The position numbers and the translations under genes are program-made. DNA of 54,625 nucleotides from Verrucomicrobiota bacterium (lineage in GTDB: Bacteria > Verrucomicrobiota > Verrucomicrobiia > Limisphaerales > UBA9464). Under the pieces are notes generated by a model that did not search any database, was not told the DNA's origin, and saw only the letters and a program-made list of their open reading frames with translations. Shown here piece by piece: positions 34,875-42,881 of the stretch (position 1 is the first letter of the stretch; each line of letters starts with the position of its first letter). Where the stretch lies: positions 1 to 54,625 of the forward strand of contig JAYUSF010000108.1 of assembly GCA_043755815.1 (NCBI GenBank). Direction: 5' to 3'.

Positions 34875-36376
34875 GCGTTTTCCTCCTCTGCGATGGTTTG
34901 AAGAAGCTGCGGGAAGCGCTGAAACGGCTCCATGTTCCCCAATCTTGACGCGGCATCTTTCCGGGAGAATCCGGCGGCCTGAAGCGCCGCAAAGACCTGC
35001 CGCATGACCTCCAATGTCTCCCCCTCTTTCGCTGTCTCGAAGTGCCCGACCGTTTGGTCCGGCTGTTCCCGGTCCGTTATGGTGATGAGAGGAACGGGAA
35101 CCGTCTCTTCAATGAGCCGAAACAATGCGCTGAGTTTGGGCACATCAGCGGAAGCGGAGCGGACCTGGTGGAGGAGAGGATGATCGCGGTTGAGCCGGTA
35201 GGAGACCCGGTTGTGTTGCGAGACCTGTTCCCAGAGCAATACCCGATCGCGCCCCTCGGCTGGAATGAGTTTGGCGCCGCGGTAGGAATAGACCTGCTTG
35301 GCCAACTTGCGGGTGCATTCCCCAATACGAACCAACTCTTCGCGGAGCGCTTCAGGTGGCCGCGCACGAGATTTGGTCACATCGATCTCCCACTCGTGGT
35401 CCAGAGCGTTGGGCAGGTCCACGCGGATGCGGGCCAGCTTGTAGTGTTCCTCCTGCCGCCAGCCCTTGAGTCCTAGCCAATCGCCCGCCACGAGCAGGCG
35501 GCGATTTCGGTAGATGTAGAATCCCTGGTGGGCGTTCCAGCCGCGCAGCCCGGCGGCCACTCGGTGGGTGGCGGCATCGACCTTGGACAGATGGGGCAGG
35601 ACGAACGGATGGATGGTAATGCGCTGGTCTTTGAGGAAGAGTTTTTCGACTGGGAGCGGCCGAGTGGCTGGCTCGTCTTTGAGAAAGGGGTCCCACGGTG
35701 CGATGCGGCGGCCGTTGAGGTGGAACTTCACGCCTTTCGCCCCTGCCATCAGCCGATGGAACACCGCGGCGAAATGGTCCCGGACGTGTTCTGCCCGTTG
35801 CAGAAAGGAGTCCTCGGCCGTGTCGTCCTCGGTTCGATTGCCGGCGGTCAGCCGGTCGAGTTTTTCCCAGACGACGACGGTGCCCCGCGACTTGCTGGCC
35901 AGTTCGTCGGCGAGCCGCTGGGCCAAAGGCGAAGGGTCGCGGAGAAGTTGCCACTTGTCCGTGGCGGCGATGTGGTCGAGATCCCAGCAGCGGACGAGGG
36001 CCGGCCCGCGTTTTTGCCGGGTTAGGACGGTGACGCGACGGCATTGGGAGAAGGAAGCGGTCTTGAGTCCGAGACCGAAGCGCCCGAAGTCGTCCTCATG
36101 GCGCTTATCGCGGGGATTGGTGCTGCCCACGCGCATGGCGTTGACCAGCGTGGATTCGTCCATGCCCGCGCCGTCGTCCGCGAGAGCGATGGCGGACTCG
36201 GCACCGGCCCAATGGAAGTGCAGCCGGATGTTCTTGGCCTGGCTGAAGAGGCTGTTGTCGGCCAGGTCGGCCAAGGCGGTGGCGAGGTCGTAGCCAAACG
36301 CTCGAAGGCTCTCCACCAGCGAACGGGCATGGGGTGGAGCCAGATCGGAATCGGCGCTGACCGCGGCCCGGCTCAC
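34871..36376 (-). CDS. mzaB: MutL/MORC-like GHKL ATPase (MzaB-like)
   Basis: SLRAFGY....ALADLADNS, DDGAGM, DFGRFGLGLKTASFSQ, GTVVVWEKLD, QGFYIYRNRRL, WEIDVTKS. Confidence 0.92.
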   Translation of the reverse strand: MSRAAVSADSDLAPPHARSLVESLRAFGYDLATALADLADNSLFSQAKNIRLHFHWAGAESAIALADDGAGMDESTLVNAMRVGSTNPRDKRHEDDFGRFGLGLKTASFSQCRRVTVLTRQKRGPALVRCWDLDHIAATDKWQLLRDPSPLAQRLADELASKSRGTVVVWEKLDRLTAGNRTEDDTAEDSFLQRAEHVRDHFAAVFHRLMAGAKGVKFHLNGRRIAPWDPFLKDEPATRPLPVEKLFLKDQRITIHPFVLPHLSKVDAATHRVAAGLRGWNAHQGFYIYRNRRLLVAGDWLGLKGWRQEEHYKLARIRVDLPNALDHEWEIDVTKSRARPPEALREELVRIGECTRKLAKQVYSYRGAKLIPAEGRDRVLLWEQVSQHNRVSYRLNRDHPLLHQVRSASADVPKLSALFRLIEETVPVPLITITDREQPDQTVGHFETAKEGETLEVMRQVFAALQAAGFSRKDAASRLGNMEPFQRFPQLLQTIAEEENA

Positions 36377-38012
36377 ACAAGCACGCCTTCCGTTGCCGCG
36401 AGGCCGGCCCGCTGGGCTTCGACGCAGTAGAGGTTGTAGTCACTGAGCTGGCCTGCCTCGTAACGTCGCCACGCTTCGCCACCGATGCCTTCCAGCGCCA
36501 CCGGCCAGCCGCTGCGGGTGTGGCGGCGGTCCAGTTCCCGCTCGAAGCCGGGCAGGCCCAGTTGTTCGGTCGGGACTTCCTCAATCGTGTCGCCGTGGTC
36601 GAGGGCGTTGTCGGGATGCAGGCCGGGAAACAGGAACAGCAACGCATGCCAGCCACGGAGGAATTCTTCCTTGGGCAGGGCGCGCAAGGCGCGGCGGTCG
36701 AGCTGGGCTAGGCGCTCCAATTCGCGGGCGGCTTCCGCTCTCGTAGGAGACGACGTGAGGAGGCGCTGACTTCCCTTTACCCGGCTCCCGTGGCGAGGGA
36801 GCAGAGAATGAGTCTCGTCACCTCGACTCCTACCCGCTTGGAGGAACTCCTTCACCTGCAAGCCCACCGCCTCGCCGATGAGGGGCGGGACTGCATTGCC
36901 GATGAGGCGTGGGTGCGGGCCGAGGGGAAGCGAAACCAGTCGGGGAAGCTCTGAATTCGGGCGGCTTCGCGCGGCGTGAGTGAGCGGTTTTGCGTGGGGT
37001 GGATGAACATCAGGCCATCCTTGCTCAGGTGGGCCACGATGGTGCTGCACAGGGAGGCGCGGCTTTGCCGGGTGTAGCGGTCCTTGAAACTGGATTTGTC
37101 GTAGGGGAATTCGAACCGGACATGGCGGTCGCGCATGGCGGTGGCGGAATTCTCGCCTTCGGCCAGCTTGGCGAAATCGCGCAGGTCGCGCTCGCTGTGG
37201 GGCCGCGAAACGTGGTTGGTCAGGCGCTCCGCGAGGTCCACTTCTAGGACTTCGCCGAGGTAGTTCCGGGCCGTGGGATCGTTCCGCACATGGCGGTTGC
37301 GGAGTGCGGAATCGTAATCCTGCTCGTGGTCGCCTTCGCCGGCGGCGAGTGCCGGCAAATCGCCCAGCGCATGGCCCAACCGGGTGCCCACATGGGCTCG
37401 GCTGGCTGGTTTCAGCTCAGGCAGAAAGTATCCGGGCACGTCGCCTCGGGTGCCGATGATGAGCTGGCGCCGCCGCTTTTGGGGGACTCCCAGTTCTTCG
37501 GCGCATTCGACCTGGGCATGGACGCGATAACCTAGGGCGCGGGCCTCCGCCTGCACGCGGGTGAAGTATTCACCGCCAGCCGCACTGCGGAGGCCAAGGA
37601 CGTTTTCCATCACGAATACCCTCGGTTGGAAAAATCCAACGTAACGGAGGAACTCGCGGTAGAGGTGGCGGCGCGGGTCGTCCTTGAGCCGAGCGCCATG
37701 ATTGGCCCCGTCGCGTTGCCGCGCGGTGCTAAAACCTTGGCAGGGCGGACCGCCGACGATGACGTCCACGGATCGGGTGCCGAGGAGTTCGGCGAGTTCG
37801 GCGGGAGCGAACCGGGTGAGGTCGCGGTGCAGGGCATGTTGGACCGGCGGCAAGCCGGCGGGATTGGCCGCGCCCAAGTTTGTCTCAAGCGTCGCGATGG
37901 CCTCGGGATTGAAGTCAACGGCGGCCAATACGCGGTAACCGGCGCGCTGCATCCCAAGGGTGAACCCTCCACAACCGCAGAAAAGATCAAGGCAGGTGAG
38001 CGGGGCACTCAC
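36373..38012 (-). pseudogene. C5-cytosine DNA methyltransferase with C-terminal extension, frameshifted just before motif X
   Basis: Motifs I DLFCGCGG, IV GGPPCQGFS, VI FVMENV, VIII QKRRR and IX RSLTPREAARIQSFP are in frame 36852-38012; motif X LIGNAVPP and the tail continue in frame 36373-37050; switch at ~36908; tail TGA overlaps the ATPase GTG. Confidence 0.85.
36743..36833. repeat. GTAGGAGACGA-type REP pair, in frame in the MTase tail
   Basis: gtaggagacgacgtgaggaggcgctgact ... agtctcgtcacctcgactcctac; related copy at 38463-38538. Confidence 0.85.
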
Positions 38013-38245
38013 GGCACGTCCTCCATGAGCTTGGCGGCGGTGACGCCCAAGGCCTTGGCCAGCTTTGCGACGGTCAGGACTCCGGGATTGCGGGTGCCGG
38101 ACTCGATGCCGCTGAGGAACGAGCGGTCGAGGTTCGCCTTAGCGGCAAGTTTCTCTTGCGACAGCCCCGACTGAGTTCGAAGCCGGAGGACATTGCGACC
38201 GAAGGCGGCAAGGGTTCGGTCAGGCTTTGGCACGGCGGAGAGCAT
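38009..38245 (-). CDS. XRE-family HTH regulator (RM controller C-protein-like)
   Basis: FGRNVLRLR...GLSQEKLA..A.LDRSFLSGIESG.RNP....V.KLA.ALGV; stop overlaps the MTase start. Confidence 0.9.
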   Translation of the reverse strand: MLSAVPKPDRTLAAFGRNVLRLRTQSGLSQEKLAAKANLDRSFLSGIESGTRNPGVLTVAKLAKALGVTAAKLMEDVP

Positions 38246-38270
38246 ATGCCCGCCAGGGTGCCTGCCGTCC

Positions 38271-38287
38271 GTGGGCTATCGCCTACA
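38271..38287 (-). promoter_or_regulatory. Candidate C-box operator
   Basis: TGTAGGC-GATA-GCCCAC imperfect palindrome ~25 nt upstream of the C-like gene, resembling GAC-TATA-GTC C-protein operators; related ATGGAC-TATC-CGTCAT at the start of the older HTH gene (~38882-38898). Confidence 0.45.
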
Positions 38288-38560
38288 AAATGTTTCGGAC
38301 TGGAACACGCATTTCGCGCCTGCCTTCTCGAAGGCGATCCGGAATCCGCCGATGCCGCAGAAGAGGTCGATGAAGCGCAAGGCGGCCACCTCTCCCCGGC
38401 CCTCTCCCCGGAGCGGAGAGGGAGAAGAACCGGCGCGGTAGGGCGGGGCGGCTTCCTGGGCCGTAGGAGACGAGGTGACGAGTCTCTGACGTTTCGGCTG
38501 TCGGGGAGAGGTTTGAGCCTCCTCACGTCGGATCCTATCGGGCTTGGTTTTCCCGCTCAT
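38276..38560 (-). pseudogene. 5' remnant of a second Dcm-like C5 methyltransferase, with two in-frame REP insertions
   Basis: LRFIDLFCGIGGFRIAFEKAGAKCVFQSE (motif I) followed by abrupt loss of homology; ATG 38560 overlaps the TGA of the upstream HTH; REPs at 38389-38423 and 38463-38538. Confidence 0.8.
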
Positions 38561-38884
38561 GCGTCGACTCCCTCGCAGAGTTGGGCGGTGGTGAGGCGGA
38601 GGGCCTTGGCGAGCCGCGCGACGTTCAGGATGCCGGGGTTGCGCAGGCCGCGTTCGATGCCGCCAATACAACCCTCACCCGGCCTGACGGCCACCCTCTC
38701 CCATCCGCTGGGCGAGGGGCATGGGGTCCAGCCCCGCCTTTTCAGCCAACTTTTCCTGGGTTAGGGCGCGTTCCTCGCGCCGGCGGCGGACGTTTTGTCC
38801 GAGGGCGGCGAGGACCGGGCGGCGGCGTGGGCGGACAGGAATGTCCGCGGTCCCGGCGGGATTGGCGGCGGCGCGTTTCGGCAT
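38557..38884 (-). pseudogene. XRE/C-protein HTH gene disrupted by a REP insertion
   Basis: LGQNVRRRREERALTQEKLAEKAGLDP, then the REP at 38672-38719 (stop plus frameshift), then IGGIERGLRNPGILNVARLAKALRLTTAQLCEGVDA* in another frame. Confidence 0.85.
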
Positions 38885-38967
38885 GACGGATAGTCCATGC
38901 CGAAAGCGGGGGAAACTCTATGGACGATCAGCCAGGTTGGGAGGGGGGACGGCACCCCAGCTCCGAG

Positions 38968-39092
38968 GTGGGGCGGCGTTGGTCAGGGCTGCGGAGCACG
39001 CAGCCCCACCGGTTCGACACCTCACCCCGGCCCTCTCCCCGATCGAGGCGGAGAGGGGGAAAAGAATCTGCGTCCGTCTGCGTCATCTACGG
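38968..39092. repeat. Cluster of REP-like elements including the right copy of the 48-bp element (39013-39060)
   Basis: gggctgcggagcacgcagccccacc hairpin; ttcgacacctcaccccggccctctccccgatcgaggcggagaggggga; atctgcgtccgtctgcgtcatctacgg short repeat. Confidence 0.75.
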
Positions 39093-39104
39093 AGGGCAGC
39101 GTTT

Positions 39105-39560
39105 TCAACACCTCACCTTGGCCGGCTCCGCGTTCGAGGCGGAGCCGGGGGCCTTTTTCAGCCAGGCCACCTTGATTTCCTTCTCCAGCGCCTTGAACTC
39201 CGGGTCGCCGGTGACGAGTTCGGCCTTCTTCTCCTTGGCCAGCGCGGCGGCGAAGGCGTCGGCAAGGCTGAGCTTGAAGCGGGCTTTGAACTGGGCCGCC
39301 TGGCGGGCGAGCTTGAGGTCTTCGCCCACGCCCACCACGTCAATCGGCAGGGTGGCAAGGTCGGCCACCGCCTGTTCGGCCACCTGCCGCCCGCCCGCCC
39401 GCTCCATCGAGTAATAGACCTCGGTCCAGTTGACCGCCGAGAGCAGCAACTGCTTCCCGGAGACCGAGGCGGCCTCGATCAGCGTCTCAACCTCGGCACC
39501 CGCCGGTTCGCCCTTGTAGAACGCCAGCACCGCCCAACTGTCCAGAACCTTGGCCGTCAT
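39105..39560 (-). CDS. vapC: VapC-family PIN-domain toxin
   Basis: VLDSWAVLA, SAVNWTEVYY, LSLADAFAAALA, LVTGDPEF. Confidence 0.92.
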   Translation of the reverse strand: MTAKVLDSWAVLAFYKGEPAGAEVETLIEAASVSGKQLLLSAVNWTEVYYSMERAGGRQVAEQAVADLATLPIDVVGVGEDLKLARQAAQFKARFKLSLADAFAAALAKEKKAELVTGDPEFKALEKEIKVAWLKKAPGSASNAEPAKVRC

Positions 39561-39561
39561 G

Positions 39562-39807
39562 TCAGAGTTCCCGTTCGCGTTTGCGGTCCTCGGCGAGCGT
39601 TTCCATCACGGGCAGGTGTTGGTATTTGCCGCGCAGGCTGCGGATGTAGTCGCGGGTGATGGGACGGAGGAGGATGCCGTCGGGCGTGGCGGTGACGGAG
39701 GCCTTGGTGCCGTCCTCGATCTGGAACTCGCGCCGCAGCCATGCGGGGATGACGACCTGACCCTTGGTGGTGAACCAGACGGAGTCGACTTTGGAAGTAG
39801 CGGACAT
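39562..39807 (-). CDS. vapB: AbrB/MazE/SpoVT-family antitoxin
   Basis: TTKGQVVIPAWLRREFQI..G......GILLRP; 1 nt upstream of vapC. Confidence 0.9.
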   Translation of the reverse strand: MSATSKVDSVWFTTKGQVVIPAWLRREFQIEDGTKASVTATPDGILLRPITRDYIRSLRGKYQHLPVMETLAEDRKREREL

Positions 39808-39838
39808 GCCAAAGAGTATTACCGTTTTAAATAGTCCG

Positions 39839-40420
39839 TCAACATCCCAATTTCCTACTTGTTACAAAATTTCCCCCAATCCGACGGCGAACGCCCTGCC
39901 CTTGGGTCGCGGGGACGGAGCGGTGGCGGACCGGAATGTCCGCGCTCCCGGCGGCGGGAAACCAACGGCGAAGGCGGCGCTCCAGCCGCGCTTCCCGCCT
40001 GCGGGCCAGCTCGTGTTCCCAGAGGCGGAGCACCTTCCACCCCGCGCGGCGGAGCGTGCGGGTGACGAGCCGGTCGCGGGCAACATTGGCCGCGAACTTC
40101 TTCCGCCAGAACGCCGCGTTGCCCTGCGGCTTCGTGCCGTGCTCGGGACAGCCGTGCCAGAAGCAGCCGTCCACAAACACCACCAGCCGGCGTTGCGGGA
40201 AGACGAAGTCGGGCCGGACCGAGAAGGCGCGGTTCGCGTTCTGCCGCCCGCGGTCCTGGCGGGCGTTGGGGGTCACCCGGATCCGGACGTGCCGTCGCCA
40301 GCCCGTGATGTGGAGCGACCGGAAGACGCGGACCAGCGCCAGCTCGGTGCGGGCGTTGCCGCGCGAACGGATGCGCGCCATCACGGCGGAACGCTTGGCC
40401 TTGGTGAAGATGTCCGCGAT
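39839..40420 (-). CDS. vsr: Very-short-patch repair endonuclease Vsr; start codon appears to be ATC; REP-extended tail
   Basis: (I)ADIFTKAKRSAVMARIRSRGN..TEL, RPDFVF....VFVDGCFWHGCPEH, N..FW..K...NVARD, GWKVLRLWEHE; REP ggcggaccggaatgtccgcgctccc at 39925-39949. Confidence 0.88.
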   Translation of the reverse strand: MADIFTKAKRSAVMARIRSRGNARTELALVRVFRSLHITGWRRHVRIRVTPNARQDRGRQNANRAFSVRPDFVFPQRRLVVFVDGCFWHGCPEHGTKPQGNAAFWRKKFAANVARDRLVTRTLRRAGWKVLRLWEHELARRREARLERRLRRWFPAAGSADIPVRHRSVPATQGQGVRRRIGGNFVTSRKLGC

Positions 40421-40637
40421 GGGCCGGGTGTAACATCGAAGGACCGGGGAGGAACGCCGATTTTGCCGGCGGACCGGGCCGCAGGTTTGCGTCGAGGTTG
40501 GAGGTTCATCCCGTCAGAACCATCCCGGGTGGCGCGAAGCTCCGGCTGAGCCGCTGGGCCGGAGTCCGGGCGAAACTCGGCTCCTCCGGCGGCCCGGTCC
40601 CGGTTGACCCGAACCGCGCCGCCCAACAGGGTCCGGC

Positions 40638-41903
40638 ATGATCTCAACGCAGTGCGACGCCACCGCCGTCCTCCCGTCCACTTCGCCGAGGAAGGTCCCG
40701 CAACTGCTGCGCACGGCCGGCTTGGCGCTGGTGCTGTTGGGTTCATTCTTCCTTCCGGGTTGCAGTTCCGTGCCCCAGACCCGGAGGGCCGGGCCGTGGA
40801 ATGTGCGGGCGTTGTCCTCGGTGCCCGCGGTCACCTGGGGGGCGACGGACGGGCTGGTGCAGGAGGTCTATTACGCAGGCGAACCGCTGGGCGGGAAGCC
40901 GACCCGGGTCTTCGCGTATCTGGGCCGGCCGACCCATTCGCCGGCCGGCCGCCGGCCCGCGATGGTGCTGGTGCATGGCGGAGGCGGGAAGGCGTTCCGC
41001 GATTGGGCCGACCACTGGGCGCGGCGCGGCTACGTCGCGCTGGCGATGGACCTCGCGGGCAACGGTCCGGCGGGGCGCCTGGCCGACGGCGGGCCGGATC
41101 AGGCCGACCCGGTGAAGTTCCGCAACTTCGCGGAGGCGGAGGCCCGGGAGATGTGGACGTATCACGCCGTGGCGGCGGTGGTGCGGGGCCATTCCCTGCT
41201 GCGTTCGCTGCCGGACGTGGACCCCGGGCGCACGGGCATCACGGGCATCAGTTGGGGCGGTTACCTGACGTGCATCGCGGCGGGGATTGATCCGCGGTTC
41301 AAGGTGGCGGTGCCGGTCTATGGCTGCGGCTTCCTCGGTGACAACAGCGTCTGGAAGGACGGTTCGCTGGCCGCCCTGTCGCCGGAGTCCCGCGAGCGCT
41401 GGCTGCGGCTGTTTGATCCGGGCCAATACGTCGGCGGCGTGCGGTATCCGATCCTGTTCGTGAACGGCACCACGGACTTCGCGTATCCGATGGACAGCTA
41501 CCGGAAGACTTACCGGCTGGTGCCGGACCGATGGCGGCACATCTCGATGGCGGTGAACCGGCCGCACGACCACATCTGGACGTTTCCCGAGGTGGACGCG
41601 TTCGTCGGCAGCGTCCTGCGCCACGAGCCGGCGCTGGTGCGGGTCGGACCGCCGCGGGTGGAAGCGGGCCGGTTGTCGGCCCAACTCGACCTGGTGACGG
41701 GCCTCCAGGAACTGTCGCTTTGCTACACGACGAATTCGGGCCCGTGGCAGCAGCGGACCTGGCAGACGGCCCCGGCCCGCATTGAGCAGGGGCAATTGAC
41801 CGCAGAACTGCCGCCGGTCCGCCCGCTCGTGGCGTTTCTCGCCGTCAAGGATGACGCCGGCCGCCCCGTCAGTTCGGAGCACGTGGAGCTGAGCGGTCCC
41901 TGA
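40638..41903 (+). CDS. Alpha/beta-hydrolase (acetyl xylan esterase / dienelactone hydrolase-like), possibly a lipoprotein
   Basis: AMVLVHGGGG, GITGISWGG nucleophile elbow, VPVYGCG, NGTTDFAY, H; hydrophobic N-terminus ending LPGC; start uncertain. Confidence 0.85.
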   Translation: MISTQCDATAVLPSTSPRKVPQLLRTAGLALVLLGSFFLPGCSSVPQTRRAGPWNVRALSSVPAVTWGATDGLVQEVYYAGEPLGGKPTRVFAYLGRPTHSPAGRRPAMVLVHGGGGKAFRDWADHWARRGYVALAMDLAGNGPAGRLADGGPDQADPVKFRNFAEAEAREMWTYHAVAAVVRGHSLLRSLPDVDPGRTGITGISWGGYLTCIAAGIDPRFKVAVPVYGCGFLGDNSVWKDGSLAALSPESRERWLRLFDPGQYVGGVRYPILFVNGTTDFAYPMDSYRKTYRLVPDRWRHISMAVNRPHDHIWTFPEVDAFVGSVLRHEPALVRVGPPRVEAGRLSAQLDLVTGLQELSLCYTTNSGPWQQRTWQTAPARIEQGQLTAELPPVRPLVAFLAVKDDAGRPVSSEHVELSGP

Positions 41904-41962
41904 GCGGGAGCTGACCGTTGGCGCCCCTCGCCAAACGGAATGCATCCGCCTACGCTCGCCGC

Positions 41963-42709
41963 ATGGTGCGTAAGGAACATCTTCGGCTTGTGGTCGGACT
42001 GCTGCTCGCCGTCCCGGCCGGCTGCGATTCCCGGGAAGCCGCCAAGGCCGCTTCGACCAAGGCGGCTCCCGCCACCACCAGCGTGGCCGCCGCCGTGACC
42101 GAAGGCGCCAGTCCGCTGCCCGCGTTGGACCTCGATGCGACGGGCAGCGAACAGATCGAGAAGGCCGATGCCCTGCTGGCCGCCGGCAAAAACGCCGAGG
42201 CCGAAAAGCTCTACCGGGACTTCATCCGGCAGCACCCCGACAACGAGGAGGCGCACTTCAACCTCGCGTTCCTGCTGGTCAAGGCGGGCCAGACCAACGA
42301 CGCGATCCACCATTACGAGGAGGCGGTCCGCGTCCTGCCGACCTATTCCGAGGCGCACAACAACCTTGGCAACCTCTTTGTCCGGCTGCGCCGGTTCGAG
42401 GACGCCATCCCGCATTTCCAGTCCGCCCTGAAGGCCGAACCGACGAGCAGCAGCACCTACAACAACCTGGGCACCGCCTATGCCGCGGCCGGCAAGCTGG
42501 ACGAGGCGATTCCCAATTACACCCGCGCCGCCCAGTTGAACCCTGACAACGTCGAGGCGTGGTTCAACCTCGGCCGCAGCTACAGCCAGCTCGGCCGCTG
42601 GGAGGACGCCATTCCGCCCCTCCAGATCGCCGTGAAGCTGCGGCCGGACCTGACGGCGGCGAAGAACGCGCTGCAACGCGCGCGGTCACGGCTGCCGGCG
42701 CCGCACTGA
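41963..42709 (+). CDS. Tetratricopeptide-repeat lipoprotein
   Basis: Signal ending PAGC; repeats AHFNLA, AHNNLG, TYNNLG, AWFNLG. Confidence 0.88.
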   Translation: MVRKEHLRLVVGLLLAVPAGCDSREAAKAASTKAAPATTSVAAAVTEGASPLPALDLDATGSEQIEKADALLAAGKNAEAEKLYRDFIRQHPDNEEAHFNLAFLLVKAGQTNDAIHHYEEAVRVLPTYSEAHNNLGNLFVRLRRFEDAIPHFQSALKAEPTSSSTYNNLGTAYAAAGKLDEAIPNYTRAAQLNPDNVEAWFNLGRSYSQLGRWEDAIPPLQIAVKLRPDLTAAKNALQRARSRLPAPH

Positions 42710-42881
42710 AGGGCCTGAGGCCGGCCCGGCACCGTCGAGTCTGGGCGCGGCAGGATCATTGCGGGTTTTCGTCCGGGCTTTGGCGGTGCGCCTTTGGCAG
42801 GGTTTCGGCCCGACGCATCTTCGGCGGGCAGAATATCATTTAGACAAAGGGACGATGCGGCTGCGTCCTTGTCCAAGCCAC

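Noticed and set aside
40440-40630. Structured ncRNA or riboswitch between vsr and the hydrolase
   Set aside because: Only short GC-rich complementary segments (ggaccgggccgc / gcggcccggtcc); no recognisable family motif.
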